Below, piece by piece: positions 8,817 through 16,682 of a stretch of 64,000 nucleotides of DNA. Origin of the DNA: Candidatus Micrarchaeota archaeon CG10_big_fil_rev_8_21_14_0_10_45_29 (GTDB taxonomy: Archaea; Micrarchaeota; Micrarchaeia; Anstonellales; Anstonellaceae). The translations under genes and the position numbers were made by a program. The DNA is taken from the NCBI GenBank assembly GCA_002778455.1, contig PFCD01000012.1, positions 1,444-65,443 of the forward strand. Direction: 5' to 3'. The notes under the pieces are model-generated. The model was given only the letters and a program-made list of their open reading frames with translations, searched no databases and had not been told where the DNA came from. Within the stretch, counting starts at the first letter, position 1. Every line of letters starts with the position of its first letter.

Positions 8817-9134
8817 TTGGTGGGGAATATATTTCCAAAAGATGACCTGATGAGGGAAATCATTTCGGATGCAATCGAAAAAGAGGATGTAAGATTACGG
8901 GCATATGCAACAAAGAAAAGATTCAAAAAACTGGTAACAGTGATTGAGGGGCTCGACAAGGGAAAGCTTTCCCAGACCGCCAAGGAATTGAAAACAAAAT
9001 TCGCATGCGGCGGGACGGTAAAAGACGGCCTTGTAGTGCTGCAGGGAAACCACATCGCAAAAATAAAGCAGGTGTTAATTTCCCTGGGCTATGATGCCAA
9101 CTCAATAACGGTTGTTCCCGGTTTTGTAAGGTGA
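8817..9134 (+). CDS. Translation initiation factor aSUI1/eIF1 (TTG start)
   Basis: KKLVTVIEGLD...LKTKFACGGTVKDGLVVLQGNH is the SUI1 core. Usual archaeal position between rpl29 and the RNase P protein gene. Confidence 0.88.
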   Translation: MVGNIFPKDDLMREIISDAIEKEDVRLRAYATKKRFKKLVTVIEGLDKGKLSQTAKELKTKFACGGTVKDGLVVLQGNHIAKIKQVLISLGYDANSITVVPGFVR

Positions 9135-9144
9135 AATTTCAAAT

Positions 9145-9399
9145 ATGGCATTGGATGAGGAATGGATTGGAAAGAGGGCGAAAATCACCGCCTCACAAAA
9201 TCCGAACAATATCGGAATTTGCGGGGAGATAGTGGATGAGACGCTCAACACGATAACCTTTCTCACAAAAGAAAATGAAAGAAAAATCGTGCCGAAAAAA
9301 GGCGCGCGCATGCAGATGGAGGGTTCCAAAGAAATATTGGAGCTCTCAAACACGCTCGCGCGCCCGCACGAGAGGAGCAAAAAATGCTCCCAAGGGTAG
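9145..9399 (+). CDS. rnp1: RNase P protein component 1 (Rpp29/Pop4)
   Basis: WIGKRAKITASQNPNNIGICGEIVDETLNTITF matches the Rpp29 Sm-like core, in the conserved position before rps17. Confidence 0.85.
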   Translation: MALDEEWIGKRAKITASQNPNNIGICGEIVDETLNTITFLTKENERKIVPKKGARMQMEGSKEILELSNTLARPHERSKKCSQG

Positions 9400-9402
9400 A
9401 TT

Positions 9403-9918
9403 ATGATGGACAAAACGAAAAAAAACGCAGTATCCCGCCGAGGATTTTTGATGCAGGGGGTAGTGGTATCTGACAAAAGAAAGCGCACCGTCACGGTGCA
9501 GAGGGACCTTGTCACATATGTGCCAAAATACAAAAGGTATGCACGCAAAATTTCAAAGATAGCCGCGCATAACCCCGACGAAATAGGCGCTCACACCGGA
9601 GACGTTGTGGAAATAGCAGAATGCCGCAAAATATCCAAGACAAAGGCATGGATAGTCACAAAAATCATTGCAAAAGGAGCAGGGCATCTTGTGCCCGGGC
9701 AGGTAAAGGCGCATGACGAGGCGCAACGCTCGCATGAAGGAAAGGAAAAATACCGCTCAAACAAGGCGCAAGAAAAGGAAGGAAAGGAAAAGAAGCCTGA
9801 TGCAAAAGGAAAGCAACACGCGCAAAAGAAAAATATTGAAGAGGAAGAGGAGCAAACTCAAACTGTGCGCGAGGAAGAGGAGCTTGTGAGGGATGAGGAG
9901 GAAACCGCAAAAGAGTAG
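9403..9918 (+). CDS. rps17: 30S ribosomal protein uS17 with ~65-aa Lys/Glu-rich C-terminal tail
   Basis: GVVVSDKRKRTVTVQRDLVTYVPKYKRY..GDVVEIAECRKISKTK core, then a charged low-complexity tail. Confidence 0.92.
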   Translation: MMDKTKKNAVSRRGFLMQGVVVSDKRKRTVTVQRDLVTYVPKYKRYARKISKIAAHNPDEIGAHTGDVVEIAECRKISKTKAWIVTKIIAKGAGHLVPGQVKAHDEAQRSHEGKEKYRSNKAQEKEGKEKKPDAKGKQHAQKKNIEEEEEQTQTVREEEELVRDEEETAKE

Positions 9919-9930
9919 AGGCGTTTATTT

Positions 9931-10329
9931 ATGAAAGGATTAACCACTTCGGTAACACGGTGCCTGCAGGTCGGCTCCCGCATGGCATGCAACGACAACT
10001 CCGGCGCAAAAATAGTGCAGATAATAGGAATAAAGGGCGCAAAGGCAAAGCATGCGATGTATCCAAAAGCCGGCGTGGGGGATATTGTCACCGTGTCGGT
10101 GAAAAAGGGAAAAATTTCCATGAAAGGAAAAGTGCTAAAGGCGGTAATTATACGCCAGAAAAAAATGTTCAGGCGCCCAAACGGGATGCGCATATGCTTT
10201 GAGGACAACGCAGTGGTAATAATAGATGACAACGGCCTGCCGGTAGGCACCGAAATAAAGGGCGCCATAGCGCGCGAAGTATCGGACAGGTTTCCAAAGG
10301 TGGCGGCAATCGCCCCCGCGGTAGTATAG
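9931..10329 (+). CDS. rpl14: 50S ribosomal protein uL14
   Basis: LQVGSRMACNDNSGAKIVQIIGIKG motif, 132 aa, conserved operon position. Confidence 0.95.
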   Translation: MKGLTTSVTRCLQVGSRMACNDNSGAKIVQIIGIKGAKAKHAMYPKAGVGDIVTVSVKKGKISMKGKVLKAVIIRQKKMFRRPNGMRICFEDNAVVIIDDNGLPVGTEIKGAIAREVSDRFPKVAAIAPAVV

Positions 10330-10337
10330 GTGTAATC

Positions 10338-10730
10338 ATGGCAACAAAGACAAAACAGCCGAGAAAGCAGCGCAAGATGCGCGCAAACGCGCCGATGCAT
10401 GTGCGCAAAAAGCTTATGCATGTGCATGTTTCAAAGGCTCTTCGCCAAAAAAACGGCTCCAAAAGAAGCGTGCTTGTGAAAAAGGGCGACAAAATAAAAG
10501 TCCTCTGCGGCTCCAACAAAGGAAAAACCGGTATAGTAATGGAAGCCGATTACAAGGACCTTATGGTTTATGTGGAAGGCATTGTGAGGAGAAACTCAAA
10601 GGCGGCGGAGAAGCTTGTGCCAATCCGCCCGTCTATCATAGAGATAATAGACGGAGATTTTTCATCCCCCTCGCGCAAGAGAGGCGGCGCATCAGGCGCA
10701 AAGGAAGCGCAAAAAGAGCAGAGCAAATAA
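10338..10730 (+). CDS. rpl24: 50S ribosomal protein uL24
   Basis: KOW motif KKGDKIKVLCGSNKGKTGIV, in the conserved operon position. Confidence 0.92.
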   Translation: MATKTKQPRKQRKMRANAPMHVRKKLMHVHVSKALRQKNGSKRSVLVKKGDKIKVLCGSNKGKTGIVMEADYKDLMVYVEGIVRRNSKAAEKLVPIRPSIIEIIDGDFSSPSRKRGGASGAKEAQKEQSK

Positions 10731-10743
10731 TTGAGATGATAAT

Positions 10744-11442
10744 ATGAGCAAAAAAGGAAACTCACCGCACACAAAAAGGATTTCGCTTCCAAAAACCCTG
10801 CCTGTGGCAGGAAGAAAGGAGCATGTGTGGATAGCCTCGGTAAGCCCCGGAACTCATGCAAGAAGCGGGGGCATAAACCTTCTGATGCTGCTTCGAGACG
10901 AGCTTTCAGTATGCGCGAACCTCTCTGAAACAAAGCGCCTCCTAAATTCCGGAGGGGTGCTTGTGGACGGGCAGGCGCGAAAAGACGCGCGCTTCCCCGT
11001 GGGGATAATGGATATTATTTCCATATTGCCTGCAAAAAAGGCATATCGGATGCAAATCACGGGGGGGAAGCTAAAGCCCGCGGAAGTGGATGCGAAAAAA
11101 GCGTCCATAAAATACTGCAAGGTGGTCGGAAAGCGCACCCTCAAAAAGAAAAAAATCGCAATCACACTGCACGATGGCAGAAGCCTTTTGGCGGACGACA
11201 ACGTGAAAGTCGGCTCAACCCTGAAAATGGAACTGCCGAAATTCAAGATGCACGGGAGCATATCAATGGCTCCGGGCGCAAAATGCGTTGTGATAAAAGG
11301 AAAGCACGCGGGAAAGATTGCAAAACTTGAAAACATCTCAAAGCGAACCGGATCCATCCCGGCGCGCGCACAGCTCAAGGCAAGTGAGGGGGACTTTAGC
11401 ACCCTGGCAAACTACCTTGTGGCAGTTGACGAGGATTTCTAA
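10744..11442 (+). CDS. rps4e: 30S ribosomal protein eS4
   Basis: KKGNSPHTKRISLPK N-terminus and GGVLVDGQARKDARFPVGIMDIISI. Confidence 0.93.
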   Translation: MSKKGNSPHTKRISLPKTLPVAGRKEHVWIASVSPGTHARSGGINLLMLLRDELSVCANLSETKRLLNSGGVLVDGQARKDARFPVGIMDIISILPAKKAYRMQITGGKLKPAEVDAKKASIKYCKVVGKRTLKKKKIAITLHDGRSLLADDNVKVGSTLKMELPKFKMHGSISMAPGAKCVVIKGKHAGKIAKLENISKRTGSIPARAQLKASEGDFSTLANYLVAVDEDF

Positions 11443-11460
11443 AATTGAACGGTAATTAAT

Positions 11461-11994
11461 ATGGCAGAGGACAAAAAAAGCAAAAACGTGATGTTGGAAG
11501 TGGCGATTGAGAAGGTCACCTTAAACATCGGAGTAGGGCAGGCAGGCGCCGAGCTTGAGAATGCAAAAACGCTTCTTGAGCGCCTTAGCGGATGCAAATC
11601 CGTGGAAACGCTTGCAAAAGTGCGCAACCCCGTATTTCACATAAAGAAGGGCGACCCCATCGGAGCAAAGACAACTTTGCGCGGGCAGGCCGCGTTGGAA
11701 TTTGTGAAAAAGGCGCTAAAGCCAAAGGATTTCACATTAAGCAAAAGGAATTTTGATTCCCTTGGAAATTTCAGCTTCGGGGTTCCGGAGTATATCGAGT
11801 TTCCGGGCGCAAAATATGACCCGAAAATCGGAATCATCGGCTTTGACGTATGCGTAAGCCTCAAAAGAAAGGGCGGCTGGAGAATCGCAAGAAAGAGAAT
11901 AAGGAAAGCAAAAATCCCCAACTCGCACAGGATAAGCCGCGATGAGGGAATCGCCTTTGCGCAAAATGCGTTAGGCGTGAAAATATCAGAATAA
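11461..11994 (+). CDS. rpl5: 50S ribosomal protein uL5
   Basis: IEKVTLNIGVGQAG and GNFSFGVPEYIEFPG motifs. Confidence 0.94.
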   Translation: MAEDKKSKNVMLEVAIEKVTLNIGVGQAGAELENAKTLLERLSGCKSVETLAKVRNPVFHIKKGDPIGAKTTLRGQAALEFVKKALKPKDFTLSKRNFDSLGNFSFGVPEYIEFPGAKYDPKIGIIGFDVCVSLKRKGGWRIARKRIRKAKIPNSHRISRDEGIAFAQNALGVKISE

Positions 11995-12005
11995 ATGGTG
12001 GTACT

Positions 12006-12179
12006 TTGGCGAAACGAGAAAAAAACCCCCTTCCCTTCGAATACAAGAAGAGAGGAAAAGGCAAACGAAAATGCAGAATTACCGGAAACGCAAAAGGGAT
12101 AATACGCTCATACGGGCTGCAGCTCTCCCGAAGGGTGTTTCGGGAAATTGCCGAAAACATAGGGTTTAGGAAATATTGA
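12006..12179 (+). CDS. rps14: 30S ribosomal protein uS14 (short form, TTG start), absent from the ORF track
   Basis: Manual translation: (M)AKREKNPLPFEYKKRGKGKRKCRITGNAKGIIRSYGLQLSRRVFREIAENIGFRKY, stop TGA at 12177-12179. The C-terminal ..R..FRE.A...GF.KY is the S14 signature, and the gene sits between rpl5 and rps8. Only one Cys is present. Confidence 0.8.
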   Translation: MAKREKNPLPFEYKKRGKGKRKCRITGNAKGIIRSYGLQLSRRVFREIAENIGFRKY

Positions 12180-12193
12180 ATGGTGTGATGATT

Positions 12194-12580
12194 ATGTCAA
12201 ACGATTTACTTGCTGATGCGCTTAACGCGATAAAAACGCACGAGATGGCGGGCAAAGGCATTTGCGAGGTAAAGCCCAGCAAAATAGTGCGCGAGACGCT
12301 CAAGATATTGCAGGAGAAGCACTACATCGGAGACTTTGAATATGTGGATGAGGGCTACACCGGGCATTTCAAGGTAAAGCTTTTGGGAAAAATAAACAAA
12401 TGCGGCTCAATAAAGCCCCGCTTCCCGATAAGAAAAAGCGAATGGGTGGAATGGGAGCAGAAATATATTCCCGGAGTCGGCTTTGGCTTGCTAATAGTGA
12501 GCACCCCGCAGGGGCTTATGACAAATGAGGACGCAAAGAAAAACAACACAGGGGGAAGGCTCATCGCATATGTATATTAA
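12194..12580 (+). CDS. rps8: 30S ribosomal protein uS8
   Basis: DLLADALNAIKTHEMAGK N-terminus and GGRLIAYVY C-terminus. Alternative starts at 12176 and 12188. Confidence 0.93.
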   Translation: MSNDLLADALNAIKTHEMAGKGICEVKPSKIVRETLKILQEKHYIGDFEYVDEGYTGHFKVKLLGKINKCGSIKPRFPIRKSEWVEWEQKYIPGVGFGLLIVSTPQGLMTNEDAKKNNTGGRLIAYVY

Positions 12581-12589
12581 GTGGTATTT

Positions 12590-13105
12590 ATGGCATCAAA
12601 AATAAAGGAAACCGTTACCATCCAAATTCCACAGGGAATCAGCGCCAGCTTGAGTGGCAGCATGGTGTCAGTTTCCGGCCCAAAGGGAAAAGCCTCAAAA
12701 AACCTCGCGCTGCGCGGCTTAACAATAAAAATCGAGGGAAGCACGGTAACCCTAACAGGCCCGCTTCGCGAAGTAATGACAGCCAACGGGCATATCAAAA
12801 ACATGCTGCAAGGGTGCAAGGACGGATATTCGCAAAACATGAAGATAATATTCGCCCACTTTCCAATGTCGCTTGAAGTGAAAGGAAAGGCACTTACCAT
12901 AAAAAATTTCAAGGGAGAGAGAAAGCCCAGGGTAGCAAACATAGTGGGCGACACCAAGGTTGAAATAAAGGGGCAGAGCATAGTAGTAAGCGGCCCCAGC
13001 AAAGACGACGTCGGGCAAACCGTTGCAAACATGAGAATTGCAACAAAGATAGTGGGTATGGATTCGCGCATTTTCCAGGACGGAATCTACCCTGTAAAGG
13101 AGTAA
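12590..13105 (+). CDS. rpl6: 50S ribosomal protein uL6
   Basis: VSVSGPKGKASKNL and FAHFPMSLEVKGKALTIKNFKGERKPR motifs. Alternative GTG start at 12581. Confidence 0.93.
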   Translation: MASKIKETVTIQIPQGISASLSGSMVSVSGPKGKASKNLALRGLTIKIEGSTVTLTGPLREVMTANGHIKNMLQGCKDGYSQNMKIIFAHFPMSLEVKGKALTIKNFKGERKPRVANIVGDTKVEIKGQSIVVSGPSKDDVGQTVANMRIATKIVGMDSRIFQDGIYPVKE

Positions 13106-13635
13106 TGATGTTTATGCCTACAAAGAAAAAAATACCCAAATTCCTAAGGCCCAACTACGGGCGCTCATCCCGAAAGCGCATAAAGGGAAACTGGAGGCGC
13201 CAGAGGGGCATAGACAACAAGAAAAGGGTAAAAATGAAGCATATGGGCAAATCGCCCTCAATCGGATACGGGCAGGACAAGAAAATTCACGGAATGCATC
13301 CTGCGGGAAAAAGGGAATTGCTTGTCTCAAGCATGAAGCAAATTGCAAGCGCGGACGGCACTCTCCTCATAAGAATTGCGGGAGGGGTTGGCAAGAAGCT
13401 TAAGCAAAAACTGCTTGAAGAGGCAAAGAAAAAGAGCCTTGTGGTTCTAAACCCCGGAAACAGGGAAAAAATAGTAAAAAAGGAAGCAAAGAAGAAAGCT
13501 CCGGCAAAAAAATCCGCGGCAGCCGTCGCAAAAAAAGAAGCAAAGGCGCGAGATGTTAAAAAAACAGGGGCAAAAAAGGAAAATCCAAAAAATGAAATTA
13601 ATGCGGATGCAAAAAAAGAAGAGGCAAAAAAATAG
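13105..13635 (+). CDS. rpl32e: 50S ribosomal protein eL32 with Lys-rich C-terminal tail
   Basis: FLRPNYGRSSRKRIKGNWRRQRGIDNKKR core, then a ~55-aa KKEAKKKAPAKK-type tail. Confidence 0.9.
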   Translation: MMFMPTKKKIPKFLRPNYGRSSRKRIKGNWRRQRGIDNKKRVKMKHMGKSPSIGYGQDKKIHGMHPAGKRELLVSSMKQIASADGTLLIRIAGGVGKKLKQKLLEEAKKKSLVVLNPGNREKIVKKEAKKKAPAKKSAAAVAKKEAKARDVKKTGAKKENPKNEINADAKKEEAKK

Positions 13636-13639
13636 GTAG

Positions 13640-14107
13640 ATGTTTATGATTAGCACAATAAAACGGCTCGCATCGTCCATTCTCGGCATAGGGGAGTCAA
13701 AAGTATGGCTTGACCCGAATGCAGGCGAGAAGATAAGCGAGGCTCTAACGCGCGATGACGTGCGCAGGCTAATAGAGGAGGGGGCAATCCGCCCGATTCT
13801 GCGAAGGGGGGTCAGCCGCCACCGCGCAAGAAAAAAGGCGATAGGAAAAAGAAAAGGAAGGCGCGACGGAATAGGAAGCCGAAAAGGAACCTACAAGGCG
13901 CGCAACAACCCCAAGCAGATATGGATGGCAAAAGTGCGCGCCCAGAGAAAGCTTCTCTCAACCCTTGCGGGCGAGGGAAGGCTGGATAAGGAAAATGTCC
14001 GCGACATTTACCTGAAAATAAAAGGAAATTCCTTCAGGGGAAGGCAGAATATGCTAAACTACCTCAAGGATAATGGAATGCTCAAAGAGCCTTTAAGCAA
14101 AAAATAA
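13640..14107 (+). CDS. rpl19e: 50S ribosomal protein eL19
   Basis: KRLASSILGIGESKVWLDPN N-terminus and an Arg/Lys-rich body. Confidence 0.92.
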   Translation: MFMISTIKRLASSILGIGESKVWLDPNAGEKISEALTRDDVRRLIEEGAIRPILRRGVSRHRARKKAIGKRKGRRDGIGSRKGTYKARNNPKQIWMAKVRAQRKLLSTLAGEGRLDKENVRDIYLKIKGNSFRGRQNMLNYLKDNGMLKEPLSKK

Positions 14108-14120
14108 ATAGTTGATAGAT

Positions 14121-14705
14121 ATGGGAAAAGCAACCGGACCAACATACAAAGTCGCTTACAGGAGGCGAAGAAAGAACGCCACCAATTACACAAAGCGCCT
14201 CGCACTTATAAAATCGGAATCAAGCCGCCTTGTGGTGCGCGCAAGCAACAAGGGAGTGCTTGTGCAGGTAATTTCATTTGACCCTGCAGGAGACAAAACC
14301 CTTGCATGCGCAAAATCATCAGAGGTTGAAAAATTCGGATGGCTTTCACAGGCAAACACGCCAACAGCATACCTTACCGGGGCGCTGGCGGCAAAAAAGG
14401 CTTTGGCTGCAGGGGCAAAATCCTGCAACCTTGACATCGGCATGAGCACCCCTAGCGCGGGAAGAATACTTTTCGCAGCCGCGATGGGCGCAAAAGATGC
14501 CGGGCTCGCCCTTTCTTTGGGCGAGGGGCTTGTTGACATGAAAAGAATAGACGGCTCGCACATCAGCGAGTATGCAAAAAAGCTTGAAGAGGAAAATAAG
14601 GAAAAATTCTCAAAGCAGTTTTCACGCTATATAAAGAAAAATGTTGATGTGAAAAATCTGCCAAGTGTTTTTGCCAAGGCAAAGGGCAAAATATTAAGCG
14701 GGTGA
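14121..14705 (+). CDS. rpl18: 50S ribosomal protein uL18
   Basis: GPTYKVAYRRRRKNATNYTKRLALIKS motif. Alternative TTG start at 14112. Confidence 0.92.
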   Translation: MGKATGPTYKVAYRRRRKNATNYTKRLALIKSESSRLVVRASNKGVLVQVISFDPAGDKTLACAKSSEVEKFGWLSQANTPTAYLTGALAAKKALAAGAKSCNLDIGMSTPSAGRILFAAAMGAKDAGLALSLGEGLVDMKRIDGSHISEYAKKLEEENKEKFSKQFSRYIKKNVDVKNLPSVFAKAKGKILSG

Positions 14706-14711
14706 AAATGA

Positions 14712-15464
14712 ATGGCACGAGGATACAGAAAAGATCGCAAAAGGGACAACAAGCAAGAGTTTAATCCCGACAGCTGGACTCCAAAAACCCAAATAGGGAA
14801 AATGGTCAAAGAGCAGAAGATAACCTCAATCGAGGAAATATATGCTCTTGGAAAGCCTGTGCTTGAAGCCGAGATTGTGGACTTTTTGCTTCCCGGCCTC
14901 GAATCAGAAACCCTTGAAATTAAAAACACCCAGCGAATGACCGACTGCGGGCGCAAAATGCAGTTTCGCGCGGTCGTATTATTGGGGGACAAAAACGGGC
15001 ACTTTGGAATAGGCGTCGGAAAAAGCGAGGAAGTCCGCCCCGCTATAGAGACCGCATCCAAAAACGCAAGGCGCAACATAATTTGCGTTCCGCGTGGAAA
15101 CGGCTCATGGGAGGACAACATCAAGGCGCCGCACAGCATACCAATCAAAGTTACCGGAAAAAACGGCTCAGTGGAAGTGGTGATAAAGCCGGCGCCGCGA
15201 GGGGTAGGGATAGCCGCAAACCATGTGTTGAAAAAAGTGCTTATCTACGCAGGAGTAAAAAACGCCTGGTCATTCTCGCGGGGGCACACAAGAAGCATTT
15301 ACAACATGGCAATGGCGGCCGCAAAAGCGCTGAATTCTCTTAATGGGATGAAATATCACGGAGACTGGAGCGAAATGGGCGCAAGAGGCGAAGAAATCGC
15401 AAAAATGCAGGGCGCTTTCAAGGGAGTAAAAAGCGCGGATGAAAAATTAAAGGAAGTGGCGTAA
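14712..15464 (+). CDS. rps5: 30S ribosomal protein uS5
   Basis: GHFGIGVGKSEEVRPAIETA and VTGKNGSVEVVIKPAPRGVGI motifs. Confidence 0.94.
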   Translation: MARGYRKDRKRDNKQEFNPDSWTPKTQIGKMVKEQKITSIEEIYALGKPVLEAEIVDFLLPGLESETLEIKNTQRMTDCGRKMQFRAVVLLGDKNGHFGIGVGKSEEVRPAIETASKNARRNIICVPRGNGSWEDNIKAPHSIPIKVTGKNGSVEVVIKPAPRGVGIAANHVLKKVLIYAGVKNAWSFSRGHTRSIYNMAMAAAKALNSLNGMKYHGDWSEMGARGEEIAKMQGAFKGVKSADEKLKEVA

Positions 15465-15489
15465 TTTTGAAATTTGAATTGTGATAAAT

Positions 15490-16017
15490 ATGGCAGACAA
15501 GAAAAAAGATGCATCAGGGGTTGCCAAAAAACCCTCTACAAAAAAGGCCGAAACAGCGGCAGGGGCAACAGATGCACCCGCGCTTGATGGCAAGCAAATA
15601 TTCGCGGTATTGAGGGTGAGGGGGCTTAGCGGAGTTTCTCCAAAGCAGAAACATACAATGCTTATGCTCAACCTTAAGCGCTCAAACCAGGCAACAATTG
15701 TAAAGCACAATATCTCGTATGACGGCATGCTAAAAATCTGCAAAGATTATATCACATGGGGCCCGATAAGCCGTGAAGTGCTTGTAAAAATGATTGCAAA
15801 AAGGGGAAGAACCGGCTCTGCAAAAATAAGCGCGGACGAGGCGGGGAAAATGGCGGATGCGTTATTGGAAGGCAAAACGCTCACAGAGATAAATCTAAAC
15901 AAAAATTTCAGGCTCTCACCCCCCTCCGGCGGATGGAAACAGAAGAAAAGGCGCTATCCGCAAGGGGATTTGGGCCCGCGCGAATCCATGGATGAGATTT
16001 TGAGAAGAATGATATAA
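15490..16017 (+). CDS. rpl30: 50S ribosomal protein uL30 with ~40-aa Lys/Ala N-terminal extension
   Basis: FAVLRVRGLSGVSPKQKHTMLMLNLKRSN core. Alternative GTG start at 15481. Confidence 0.9.
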   Translation: MADKKKDASGVAKKPSTKKAETAAGATDAPALDGKQIFAVLRVRGLSGVSPKQKHTMLMLNLKRSNQATIVKHNISYDGMLKICKDYITWGPISREVLVKMIAKRGRTGSAKISADEAGKMADALLEGKTLTEINLNKNFRLSPPSGGWKQKKRRYPQGDLGPRESMDEILRRMI

Positions 16018-16019
16018 GG

Positions 16020-16481
16020 TTGATGCTAATGGCACAAAAAAGAAAGAAAAAAAGAATCGGAAAATTCCGCGGAACCCGCAGCTGCGGCACCGGAAACACG
16101 AAAAACAAAAGAGGCAAGGGCTGCAAAGGAGGCTGGGGCAGGGCAGGAATGCACAAGCACCGCTTCTCATACGCAACCGCCTACGAGCGCGAATGGATGA
16201 AACACGGCGGAAGGCACGGTTTTTCCAACCCGACAGCCAAAGAGCAGCCGGCAATTAATTTGTATGAAATTGACGCGCTTGCAAAAAAGGGCAAAATAAA
16301 AGGCAAGTTTGAATTTGAGGGCAAGATTCTTGGCACCGGCTCGCTTTCAGTTCCTCTTGAGATAAGCGCATATCTGGCAACAGAGCGCGCTCTCGAGAGA
16401 ATAAAAAAAGCAGGCGGAAAATTCATTCAGCTCGCGCAAAAAACGCAAAGCAAAGAAGCTCCGGAAAAAGCAGGCGAATAA
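16020..16481 (+). CDS. rpl15: 50S ribosomal protein uL15
   Basis: RGTRSCGTGNTKNKRGKGCKGGWGRAGMHKH motif. Start is one of 16020, 16023 or 16029. Confidence 0.92.
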   Translation: MMLMAQKRKKKRIGKFRGTRSCGTGNTKNKRGKGCKGGWGRAGMHKHRFSYATAYEREWMKHGGRHGFSNPTAKEQPAINLYEIDALAKKGKIKGKFEFEGKILGTGSLSVPLEISAYLATERALERIKKAGGKFIQLAQKTQSKEAPEKAGE

Positions 16482-16498
16482 TTTTTAGCAAAAATTCA

Positions 16499-16572
16499 TG
16501 CGCGCAAGGGAAAAAGCATTTGCAGCAAGAAATTGCAAAAGTGCGCGCAAGGGAAAAAGCATTTGCAGCAAG
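16499..16572 (+). repeat. Two perfect 31-nt direct repeats (TGCGCGCAAGGGAAAAAGCATTTGCAGCAAG) spaced 43 bp apart
   Basis: Copies at 16499-16529 and 16542-16572, in the rpl15-secY spacer. Confidence 0.85.
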
Positions 16573-16620
16573 CCGGCGCAAAGGTTATGCGCATAGCCAC
16601 ATCCGGCTTGCAAAAAAGGC

Positions 16621-16647
16621 GCGCTTTAAAAAAGGGTTTTTTAGCGC
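16621..16647 (+). terminator. Imperfect hairpin GCGCT-TTAAAAAAGGGTTTTTT-AGCGC with a T6 run
   Basis: 5-bp GC clamp with internal A6/T6. A possible termination or processing signal after the r-protein operon. Confidence 0.3.
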
Positions 16648-16652
16648 CATCC

Positions 16653-16664
16653 TTTAAAATTTAT
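16653..16664 (+). promoter_or_regulatory. Candidate TATA box (TTTAAAATTTAT) about 20-30 nt upstream of the secY ATG
   Basis: The spacing fits a leaderless or very short-leader secY transcript. Inferred from sequence only. Confidence 0.35.
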
Positions 16665-16682
16665 CATCCATAGGTTATAGTT

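Noticed and set aside
16499-16572. Possible CRISPR array. Also considered for the 36-nt repeats at 7573-7692.
   Set aside because: There are only two copies with a 12-nt spacer at 16.5 kb. The 7.6-kb repeats are contiguous and in-frame inside rpl22. No cas genes are in the window.
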